A DNA stretch of 64,000 bases from an uncultured Candidatus Saccharibacteria bacterium (GTDB lineage Bacteria > Patescibacteriota > Minisyncoccia > Phycocordibacterales > JABMNX01), in assembly GCA_964575755.1 (NCBI GenBank), contig CAZNRH010000001.1:17100-81099 (forward strand), written 5' to 3'. The notes under the pieces were generated by a model. It saw nothing but the letters and a program-made list of their open reading frames with translations. It searched no databases and had not been told where the DNA came from. Shown here piece by piece: positions 19,916 through 27,751 of this stretch; the stretch's first letter is position 1, and every line of letters begins with the position of its first letter. A program made the translations under genes and the position numbers.

Positions 19916-20821
19916 ATGTTTGATACAGAGAAAAAAATATTTAAAAATGTTCACTGGTCTATTTTTGTACTAGCCGGAGGATTCCTATGGGCCTTGTATA
20001 TTTTTCTAATGAATACTATTGGCTCTACAATTTCTATACTAGGAACGATATTCCTAGTGGTGCTTATTGTTAGTTTAGTACAAGTTGTAGTGGGAGTGCT
20101 ATTTACGGCTCGTTCAGGTTTTCTATTTTTCCCAGGGCAACGTCCGGTGATTGGTTCTATATTACTTGGGATATTAAATGCTTATTCAGTAGTTGTCATA
20201 TTATATCTTTTCGGAATATATGAGCTTTCTGTTGTTACTGTAGCATTCTTTGTTGCACTTACTCTGTTTCCACAGGTGATGATTGAACGTATTTTATCTA
20301 GGAAAACTGGTAATGTAATAACTGCCTTTATTCTTATATTTGTAGGGCTATATGCAATTGTTATGGAAGTTGGCGGCGGATTCCCTAATCTTAATTGGCT
20401 TTGGTTAGCTCTTACACTACCCATTGCGTCAATCGTAGGTGAGGTTATAAATCGTAAAATAGGCTCATCTGCGAGTTTTTCACAATGGGTACACCATCTA
20501 TGGTCTGGTATCCCTGCTTTTTTGATCGCATCCATGTTTTTACTATATTCTTATAGACTTTCTATTGCAGAAGTACTTAGAACCATTGATTCGTCACTAC
20601 TACTACTTTCTGCTACAGCGGGCATTTCTATCGTTGTGTTTATGTTTGTAAGAGGGCGTGCATATATGGCAGGTGGAGATATTGTTCAAAAGAAATTTTT
20701 CATACTCATTCTTTTTTTAACATTACTTCTGGTCTCTAGTGTGATATCAGGCAGTCTAGCAATAGGAGGGTTTATAGCTACCGTGTCGTTACTATTTTCA
20801 TTTCTAGTGTTGTTAAAGTAG
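19916..20821 (+). CDS. Polytopic membrane protein (~10 TM), possible DMT/EamA-like transporter
   Basis: Ten hydrophobic segments. Located between neuB-like and CMP-sugar synthetase genes. No diagnostic motif. Confidence 0.35.
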   Translation: MFDTEKKIFKNVHWSIFVLAGGFLWALYIFLMNTIGSTISILGTIFLVVLIVSLVQVVVGVLFTARSGFLFFPGQRPVIGSILLGILNAYSVVVILYLFGIYELSVVTVAFFVALTLFPQVMIERILSRKTGNVITAFILIFVGLYAIVMEVGGGFPNLNWLWLALTLPIASIVGEVINRKIGSSASFSQWVHHLWSGIPAFLIASMFLLYSYRLSIAEVLRTIDSSLLLLSATAGISIVVFMFVRGRAYMAGGDIVQKKFFILILFLTLLLVSSVISGSLAIGGFIATVSLLFSFLVLLK

Positions 20822-20835
20822 AGTTTGTAAGCATT

Positions 20836-21558
20836 ATGAATACATTTACCTGCGTTATACCAGCTCGATACAAATCAACTCGATTTGAGGGAAAATCACT
20901 TGCAGTGATACATGGTAAATCTATGGTTGTGTGGGTTGCAGAGCATGCCAGTAATGCGTCTAGAGTCTCACTGGCTATAGTGGCCACTGACGATGAACGT
21001 ATTGCTGATGTTGTAGAGGATGCTGGATACAAGGCTGTAAAAACTCCTGATTGTCCTGATGGATCATCTAGGGTTGCTTATGTAGCAAAAAACATTGATG
21101 ATGAGTGGATTTTTGAAATGCAGGGAGACCAGCCTATGGTTACCCCAGAAATCATTGATGATTTTATCCATAGAGCTTGTGTAGCCATAGAAAAGAACCC
21201 AGAAATTGATGTAGTAATTCCATACGCTCCGGCAACTAAAGAGCATACAGATTCTTTAGATGTTTTGAAAGTTGTAAAGACAGAAAGTGACAGGCTTGTA
21301 TTTCAGACACGTCAGCCGATTCATACAGGGTGGCGTACCCTTGGATTATATCTATGGAAAAAGGAAGCACTTTTGAAGTTTGCTGAGTTACCAGTTTCTG
21401 ATATTGAACGCATAGAAGATAGTCACCCAATTCGTTTATATATAAATGATTTCTATGTCCATGGTCTGCTCATTGAAGACACTGCATGGGTTGAAGTCGA
21501 TAGAGAGAGTCAAGTAGTTGAGGTGGAAGAAATAATGAAGAAAAAAGGAATTGTGTAA
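20836..21558 (+). CDS. CMP-nonulosonate / CMP-Kdo cytidylyltransferase (NeuA/KdsB family)
   Basis: CVIPARYKSTRFEGKSLAVIHGKSMVVWV matches the KdsB/NeuA N-terminal motif (IPAR..S.R.P.K.L..I.GK.M). Confidence 0.7.
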   Translation: MNTFTCVIPARYKSTRFEGKSLAVIHGKSMVVWVAEHASNASRVSLAIVATDDERIADVVEDAGYKAVKTPDCPDGSSRVAYVAKNIDDEWIFEMQGDQPMVTPEIIDDFIHRACVAIEKNPEIDVVIPYAPATKEHTDSLDVLKVVKTESDRLVFQTRQPIHTGWRTLGLYLWKKEALLKFAELPVSDIERIEDSHPIRLYINDFYVHGLLIEDTAWVEVDRESQVVEVEEIMKKKGIV

Positions 21559-21599
21559 CTAGCTATAAGTAAACCACTCACTATTTAAGTCTGTAGAAC

Positions 21600-22853
21600 C
21601 TATTTAAGTCTGTAGAACAAATATATAGATACAAATAAATTAGTAAATCGTGTAAGTAGGATACTTGCTATTGCTCCCCATATTCCATAAAGAGGTAATA
21701 AGACCAGAAGTAATCCTATTCTAGTTATTGGGATGATAGTGTTTAGAATGTATAGTTCTCGCTTTTTTGCATGCGCAATAAGGGTTTGTCCAAACAAAGA
21801 TGCTGGAAAGGAAAGAATAATTATTGCAAAAACTTGAGAATACAGCACAGAGTCAATGTATCTTGGAAATATAAATTTATATAAATACGGAGCAATAATA
21901 ATATAAAAAATAAAAAGCAAAACAGAGAAGAAGAATACTATTAGTGCTTTTCTCGGAATTGATGACTTCAACTCTTTGATATCTCTAGTACTAAACTTAG
22001 GTAAAGCAAGACTTTGAAGTATTCCATTAAATACCCCAAATTCCCTTGGTGGGGCCAAAGCAAAGGAGTATATTGCCAAAAGAGCAGGTCCTAAATAGTG
22101 AAACATAAGAAGGTTATCAATATTGTTTCCAATATTGCCAATAAACTTCATTACGCTTAAGTGTTTTGCATACGGTATAGTATGTAAGTCCTCGTTGGTA
22201 TTAGAGACAGGGCGGGTTTTTTTTACGAGAATATGTAAGGATATGCCTATAACAGCACTCGAAAGGAAAAAGATAAGAACAATTATGACTGGATTATTCG
22301 TTAAAAATACCGTGACGATAAGTGCTATTGTAGAAATTACACCACTAATCACTCCATATATAGCACTTGTTTTAAAATCTTTTCTTCCGCGCAGATATGA
22401 ATCAAAAAGAAAAAAGCTTTTTTGTAATGGTAAAAGTACAGCTATAATTAAAAGAATGATAGCTAGTGTATTATTTTCATTTATAAAATAATAAATAGAC
22501 CCAGCTAAACCTATGAAAAACAATAGGATATTCCACTTAAGTAAAGTCTTGAAGCCTGAAAGAAATGAACCTTCGTATCCTTGTGATACAGCACGCACTA
22601 CAACAGACCCCATTCCTGTTAGTGAAAATGCTCCGATGATACCCGCTATTGAGATGGCGAACTTATACGCACCATACGTTTCTTTAGATAAAAGTTTTGC
22701 AAACACCACAGTTAGTGTGATGGCTAAAAGAGAGTTTATTATCTGAGTTGCAGAAAGTACAGAACCGCTCTTGGCAAGGTAGAGCATGTCTGTTTTAGTA
22801 TATTTCTCGCTCCAACGCATGAGTCGGTATAGTTTATTTTTAGCTGTTTTCAT
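21600..22853 (-). CDS. Polysaccharide flippase (Wzx-like, MOP superfamily)
   Basis: 417 aa, about 12 TM helices, charged N-terminus. Confidence 0.6.
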   Translation of the reverse strand: MKTAKNKLYRLMRWSEKYTKTDMLYLAKSGSVLSATQIINSLLAITLTVVFAKLLSKETYGAYKFAISIAGIIGAFSLTGMGSVVVRAVSQGYEGSFLSGFKTLLKWNILLFFIGLAGSIYYFINENNTLAIILLIIAVLLPLQKSFFLFDSYLRGRKDFKTSAIYGVISGVISTIALIVTVFLTNNPVIIVLIFFLSSAVIGISLHILVKKTRPVSNTNEDLHTIPYAKHLSVMKFIGNIGNNIDNLLMFHYLGPALLAIYSFALAPPREFGVFNGILQSLALPKFSTRDIKELKSSIPRKALIVFFFSVLLFIFYIIIAPYLYKFIFPRYIDSVLYSQVFAIIILSFPASLFGQTLIAHAKKRELYILNTIIPITRIGLLLVLLPLYGIWGAIASILLTRFTNLFVSIYLFYRLK

Positions 22854-23478
22854 TAAGTTTATATATTAAGGTGACACCGATAGAGGCTTCTAATTTATAT
22901 CCATATCGAGAAAGAAAGGAGTCTATGCCTTCTTTGTTTGAATTTTCGACGGATATTACAGTTGGTTTTATAGACCAGTTGTGTGATTTTAATACTTCTA
23001 GGTCTAAACCTTCCACATCAATGTTCATGTAGTCTATATGTGATATCTTATACTTTTTTATAATATCCCCAAGGGGAAGAGATTGTATTTCTTTTGTGCC
23101 AAGAAAGGTTGGATATTTTTTACTCATTAAGTCTTTTGCAACATTTTCGTTTAGAGTATTGTACGCTCCGTCTGAGAACATAAAATACTTATTTTTTCCA
23201 ATGTCTCCTGTCGCAAAGTTTGCAAAAGCATCTCTTTTTCGAAAGATTCTATATAGTATTTTCAGGTTAGGATTTGGGTCGATAGAAAGTCCATTCCATC
23301 CTTTTAAATAAAGAGCATGTGTGTTTGAGTACAAGATGGGTTGATAGGCACCAACATCAACATAAATCCCTTCCTTTTTACCTTTAAAGAGTGATTGGAT
23401 AACAACATCTTCGCCAAACTGACTAAATGACTTGTTGTATCTAAATCGCCTAAAAAACGTCTTTATAATATCTTTCAT
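22840..23478 (-). CDS. FkbM-family methyltransferase
   Basis: SQFGEDVVIQSLFKGKKEGIYVDVGAYQPILYSNTHALYLKGWNGLSIDPNP (FkbM N-terminal motif sqfGqD...fvDvGAn). Confidence 0.55.
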   Translation of the reverse strand: MKDIIKTFFRRFRYNKSFSQFGEDVVIQSLFKGKKEGIYVDVGAYQPILYSNTHALYLKGWNGLSIDPNPNLKILYRIFRKRDAFANFATGDIGKNKYFMFSDGAYNTLNENVAKDLMSKKYPTFLGTKEIQSLPLGDIIKKYKISHIDYMNIDVEGLDLEVLKSHNWSIKPTVISVENSNKEGIDSFLSRYGYKLEASIGVTLIYKLNENS

Positions 23479-23512
23479 ATATTGTCATTAATATAACATC
23501 TAAGTAGCCTTT

Positions 23513-25750
23513 ATGTTACAGTTATATCTAATGCAAATTGAGAAAATATTACGAAAGTTCGTGACGTGGGGCATATTCCTCGTGCCGTTTATACCTCTTA
23601 TAGTCTCATCCTTCTTATTCTTCCCATTTATCACAGGAAAGAATTTTGCGTTTCGTATTATAGTCGAATTACTATTTGGTGGCTGGCTCGCACTCATACT
23701 TTATAACAGGTCTTATCGCCCTAAATTCTCATGGCTTCTAGCATCAATAGCCATATTTGTAGGTATTATAGCTGTCGCTGATATAACAGGAGAGAATCCC
23801 CTTAAGAGTATTTGGAGCAATTTCGAGCGCATGGAAGGTCTTGTCACACTCGTACACCTCTTTATGTATTTCCTTGTAGCGGGATCTGTTCTTAATACTG
23901 AAAAGCTATGGACAAGGTTCTTAAACACGTCCGTTTTTGTAAGTGGTCTACTCGGTATCTATGGTCTTTTCCAACTTCTGGGACGTTTTGATATTCATCA
24001 AGGGAGTGTGAGACTAGACGCAACACTAGGTAATGCTACATATTTTGCCATCTACATGTTCTTCCATGTATTTATAACTACGTTCTTATTACTTCGCTGG
24101 AAGGGAAGTCGTTATGTCTCATATATATATGGTGGACTTATCGCACTTCAGGTCGCAATGATATATTTCACTGCAACACGAGGTACCATCCTCGGACTTC
24201 TTGGTGGGGTAACTCTCTCTGGTCTACTCATCGCCATTTTCGGTGGCCGGACCGCTGGAAACACAGGAGAGGTTGGAGAAAATAATAACAAGCTTAGAAA
24301 AATAGCCATCGGTGCAATTATTGGTGTCTTAGTAATAGTCAGCGGATTCTTTTTAATAAAAGACACAGACTTTGCAAAAGATAGCCCAGTACTTAGCAGG
24401 TTTACTGGCATATCTCTTTCAGAGGGGACTGTACAAGCACGGTTCTTAATTTGGAGCGTTGCAATGAAGGGAGTAAAAGAGCGACCTATTCTAGGTTGGG
24501 GTCAAGAAAACTTCAATTTTGTATTTAATAAATACTACAAGTCAGAGCTGTATGCTCAAGAGCAGTGGTTCGACAGGGTACACAACTTCGTATTCGATTG
24601 GCTTATAGCCGGAGGTGTTCTTGGTTTACTCGCTTACGTATCAATGTTCCTAGCCACACTCTTTTATTTATGGAGAAAGAAAAACACGTTCTTTTCAATT
24701 AATGAAAAAAGTATTTTCACTGGACTTCTTGCCGGCTACACGTTTCACAATCTTTTTGTATTCGATAATATAGTAAGCAGTATTCTTTTCTTTACCATAA
24801 TGGCTTTTGTGTATTGGACGTATAAAGAAAGTACGAGGGTGTTGTATATGGAAGATATAGAAGACAATTTAGATAAGAGTATGATCTCACGTATCTACGT
24901 ACCTATAATAATAATTCTTACCATTTTTTCAGTATATGTAGTCAATAGTAAAGGCATATTAACTGCAAAAACATTACTAAATGCAATTTCAATACCTGCG
25001 GGTCATCCAGACCAAATACCTTTACTTAAAAAAGCACTTTCATATAATTCATATGGAGATCAAGAAATACGTGAACAGTTAGGAATGCTTTCTACACGTA
25101 TTGCTGGGAGTCAACTTGATATAACAATAAAACAAGAATACCTTACTCTTTCTGTTACAGAGATGCAGAAGCAGATTGAAAAAGTAGATAATGACGCACG
25201 TACACAAATATTTACAGGGACACTTTTAGATTCGTTTGGGCAATATGATACAGCAAGAGTGTATATTAATAGAGCAAACGAACTTTCTCCTAACAAACCA
25301 ACTATATTATTTCAGCTAGGACTCAACACACTTAATAGGGGAGACATAGCTGGAGCACTTGAAGTATTCAAGCATGCATATGACATAGCACCACAATATG
25401 AACAAGCACAAATCTTTTATGCAATAGGGGCTATTTATGCAAGGGACGAAAAGTTACTTGAGGAAATTCTTGTACCAGTGTACGGGTCTGTAATAGTTGA
25501 TAACGACAGATTACTTCAGGCGTATTTCAATACCAAACAGTTAGATAAAGCTCTTGGTATATGGCAACTTCGTGTAGAGAGTAAGCCTAATGATCCACAA
25601 TCACACGTAGGGCTTGCTGCAGTGTACTTAGAGCTCAATAGACGGGTAGAAGCAGAACAAGAAATACAAAAAGCGATAGATCTAGACCCAAACTTCAAAG
25701 AACAAGGCGAATATTACATTAGTGAAATAAAAGCTGGCAGGAATCCATAA
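23513..25750 (+). CDS. O-antigen ligase/polymerase-like membrane protein with C-terminal TPR repeats
   Basis: N-terminal ~430 aa polytopic region with a Wzy_C-like segment (ATRGTILGLLGG). C-terminal ~250 aa TPR-like repeats. Confidence 0.55.
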   Translation: MLQLYLMQIEKILRKFVTWGIFLVPFIPLIVSSFLFFPFITGKNFAFRIIVELLFGGWLALILYNRSYRPKFSWLLASIAIFVGIIAVADITGENPLKSIWSNFERMEGLVTLVHLFMYFLVAGSVLNTEKLWTRFLNTSVFVSGLLGIYGLFQLLGRFDIHQGSVRLDATLGNATYFAIYMFFHVFITTFLLLRWKGSRYVSYIYGGLIALQVAMIYFTATRGTILGLLGGVTLSGLLIAIFGGRTAGNTGEVGENNNKLRKIAIGAIIGVLVIVSGFFLIKDTDFAKDSPVLSRFTGISLSEGTVQARFLIWSVAMKGVKERPILGWGQENFNFVFNKYYKSELYAQEQWFDRVHNFVFDWLIAGGVLGLLAYVSMFLATLFYLWRKKNTFFSINEKSIFTGLLAGYTFHNLFVFDNIVSSILFFTIMAFVYWTYKESTRVLYMEDIEDNLDKSMISRIYVPIIIILTIFSVYVVNSKGILTAKTLLNAISIPAGHPDQIPLLKKALSYNSYGDQEIREQLGMLSTRIAGSQLDITIKQEYLTLSVTEMQKQIEKVDNDARTQIFTGTLLDSFGQYDTARVYINRANELSPNKPTILFQLGLNTLNRGDIAGALEVFKHAYDIAPQYEQAQIFYAIGAIYARDEKLLEEILVPVYGSVIVDNDRLLQAYFNTKQLDKALGIWQLRVESKPNDPQSHVGLAAVYLELNRRVEAEQEIQKAIDLDPNFKEQGEYYISEIKAGRNP

Positions 25751-25777
25751 ACCAATTTTTGGTAAAATAAAAAATAA

Positions 25778-25811
25778 AAGCGGGCGTTGCCTACAGCAAT
25801 GCCCGCTTTCA
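25778..25811 (+). terminator. Rho-independent terminator (aaagcgggcgttgc-ctacagc-aatgcccgcttt)
   Basis: GC-rich hairpin gcgggc...gcccgc followed by ttt, 28 nt after the stop of the 23513 gene. Confidence 0.6.
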
Positions 25812-26089
25812 CAGCCCAAAAACTTGCATCTTTATAGATATATGCTATACTATTTCCTGTGAGTGTCACTTAAGTTGTGACTCTACCGAAAATCTACGTA
25901 AGATCCGTCCTTGTGGCGGATTTTGCGTCTCTAGTGCTTTTTTACACTTAGTTACTGTATACTTATACTCATATTCAGATTGTCCCAATATACGGGGGGC
26001 GGCGGCACTCACATCAGATTTTTGTTTGGAGCTCGCACCCGCTCCCCATATATCGGGGGAATTTAAAGTTTTAAGCATAGAATACGTTT

Positions 26090-27103
26090 ATGGAAATCCA
26101 AAAAGACGTTTCTTTAAAAGAATTTACGACATTTCGTATCGGCGGTTCTGCCGATTTTTTTGTTTGTGTACAAAGCGTCAGTGAGTTAAAAAAGGCTATT
26201 ACCTATGCACAAGAACATACATTAAAAGTTTTCATACTAGGTAGTGGTTCAAATATAGTTTTTAAAGACGAAGGATTTAGAGGACTTGTTATAAAAATAG
26301 AAATAAAAGGAGTAGTGTGCAACAACACAAAAGGTGACGGTGTTATTTTAGAAGTTGGAGGAGGTGAGGTATTTGATGAACTCATTTCATATTGTGTTAA
26401 GAATAATTATTATGGACTCGAAAACCTTTCTGCAATACCAGGAACTGTTGGCGCATCTCCAGTCCAAAATATTGGAGCATATGGAGTAGAAGTAAAAGAT
26501 TTAATAAAATACGTAGACACGATTAACATACATACATGCAAAACAAAAAGATTTACAAAAAGTGAATGTAAGTTTGTATATAGAGACAGTTTCTTTAAAA
26601 CAGAAAAAGGTAAAGAGTACGTGATTATTCATGTGTGTTTCAAATTAAAAAAACAAAATAAATTAAATCTCTCATACTCTGATCTAGCAAAATATTTTAG
26701 AGAGAATAAAGCCACCTCATTAACTGAGGTACGAGAAGCCATTATTAATATCAGAAGAAACAAGTTTCCAGATCTAGACAAAGTAGGAACTGCAGGCTCA
26801 TTCTTTAAGAACCCCATTGTTACAGATATAGAATACAGTGCACTACAAGGGCAATTTGAGTCTATTCCATCGTATAGAAGCAGTGTTGGGTATGTGAAGA
26901 TACCTCTTGGTTTTATCCTTGAAAAGTTAGGATGGAAAGGTAGAGAGTACAAACAATTATGTATTTATGATAAACAAGCTTTAGTTATTGTTAATAAAAA
27001 AAATGCCACAGCGAAACAATTAAATGAATTATCAAACATGATAGAAAAAGACGTTATGGAAAAGACGGGAATTAAAATTGAGAAAGAAGTTACTTTTGTA
27101 TAA
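26090..27103 (+). CDS. murB: UDP-N-acetylenolpyruvoylglucosamine reductase
   Basis: FTTFRIGGSADFF, ILGSGSNIVF and LSAIPGTVGASPVQNIGAYGVEV are MurB FAD-binding motifs. Confidence 0.85.
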   Translation: MEIQKDVSLKEFTTFRIGGSADFFVCVQSVSELKKAITYAQEHTLKVFILGSGSNIVFKDEGFRGLVIKIEIKGVVCNNTKGDGVILEVGGGEVFDELISYCVKNNYYGLENLSAIPGTVGASPVQNIGAYGVEVKDLIKYVDTINIHTCKTKRFTKSECKFVYRDSFFKTEKGKEYVIIHVCFKLKKQNKLNLSYSDLAKYFRENKATSLTEVREAIINIRRNKFPDLDKVGTAGSFFKNPIVTDIEYSALQGQFESIPSYRSSVGYVKIPLGFILEKLGWKGREYKQLCIYDKQALVIVNKKNATAKQLNELSNMIEKDVMEKTGIKIEKEVTFV

Positions 27104-27112
27104 ATAGTTATC

Positions 27113-27229
27113 GAAATAACTTTTAAAAAAATAATTATTTTAATTCTGAAATAACTTTCAAAATTTTAAGACTTTTTGTTTTAAAATAATTTTGAAATAA
27201 CTTTCTAAATATTTATTTAGAAAGTTATC
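27113..27229 (+). promoter_or_regulatory. Three direct copies of GAAATAACTTT plus an inverted copy, upstream of the H1-like gene
   Basis: cgaaataacttt (27113), gaaataactttc (27148), gaaataactttc (27194), inverted gaaagttatcc (27219), in an AT-rich spacer. Confidence 0.3.
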
Positions 27230-27371
27230 CACAAAAATATTTTATAATGAATTGTGTTTGCATACTTCGCGTTCGATAATATAAGTAACTTCTCTAACGC
27301 GTTACAACTATTTCTTTTGTACAAAAGGGAAGACGTGGTCGTTATTACTCAAACTATTTAAATCAAACTTC

Positions 27372-27560
27372 ATGGCAGCAAAAAAACGAAAAGTTGCAAA
27401 ACGAAAAGTTGCAAAGCGAAAGCCAGCAAAACGTAAAGCAGCAAAGAGGAAGCCTGCAAAGCGTAAAGCAGCTAAACGAAAGCCTGCAAAGCGTAAGGCA
27501 GCAAAAAGGAAGCCTGCAAAGCGTAAGGCAGCAAAAAGGACCACCCGACGACGACGATAG
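27372..27560 (+). CDS. Lysine/alanine-rich histone H1-like (Hc1/AlgP-tail-like) DNA-binding protein
   Basis: 62 aa of KRK(P/V)AK(R)KAA decapeptide repeats. Built from ~30-nt tandem DNA repeats. The two antisense ORFs are low complexity and are rejected. Confidence 0.55.
   Translation: MAAKKRKVAKRKVAKRKPAKRKAAKRKPAKRKAAKRKPAKRKAAKRKPAKRKAAKRTTRRRR
27399..27545 (+). repeat. Tandem ~30-nt repeats (aaacg[a/t]aagc[c/a]gcaaagcg...) encoding the KRKPAKRKAA units
   Basis: Visible periodicity: gcaaaacgtaaagcagcaaagaggaagcct / gcaaagcgtaaagcagctaaacgaaagcct / gcaaagcgtaaggcagcaaaaaggaagcct. Confidence 0.6.
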
Positions 27561-27751
27561 ATAGTCCTTTTGCAAGACTATTTTTAACAGAAACTCCCCA
27601 AAAGGTCAAATAAGAATCATATTGGTACTGATTTGACCTAATTGTAGGAGTTTTTGTTGTCTATGGGTGTATTATTAACAGCCACTTATGCAAGTAATTT
27701 TTTACATAAAAACAGGCTCTTGGGGCGTATCTATGATATTATTGTCATCGT

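Noticed and set aside
27399-27545. Possible CRISPR array or other regularly spaced repeats
   Set aside because: The repeats here are contiguous coding tandem repeats without spacers. Other repeats in the window are isolated palindromes (REP-like), not repeat-spacer arrays. No cas genes are present.
27308-27575. Two minus-strand ORFs (78 and 70 aa) over the lysine-repeat gene
   Set aside because: They are antisense translations of the same 30-nt tandem repeats, giving Phe/Leu/Cys-rich nonsense. The + strand K/R/A-rich reading resembles known H1-like proteins.
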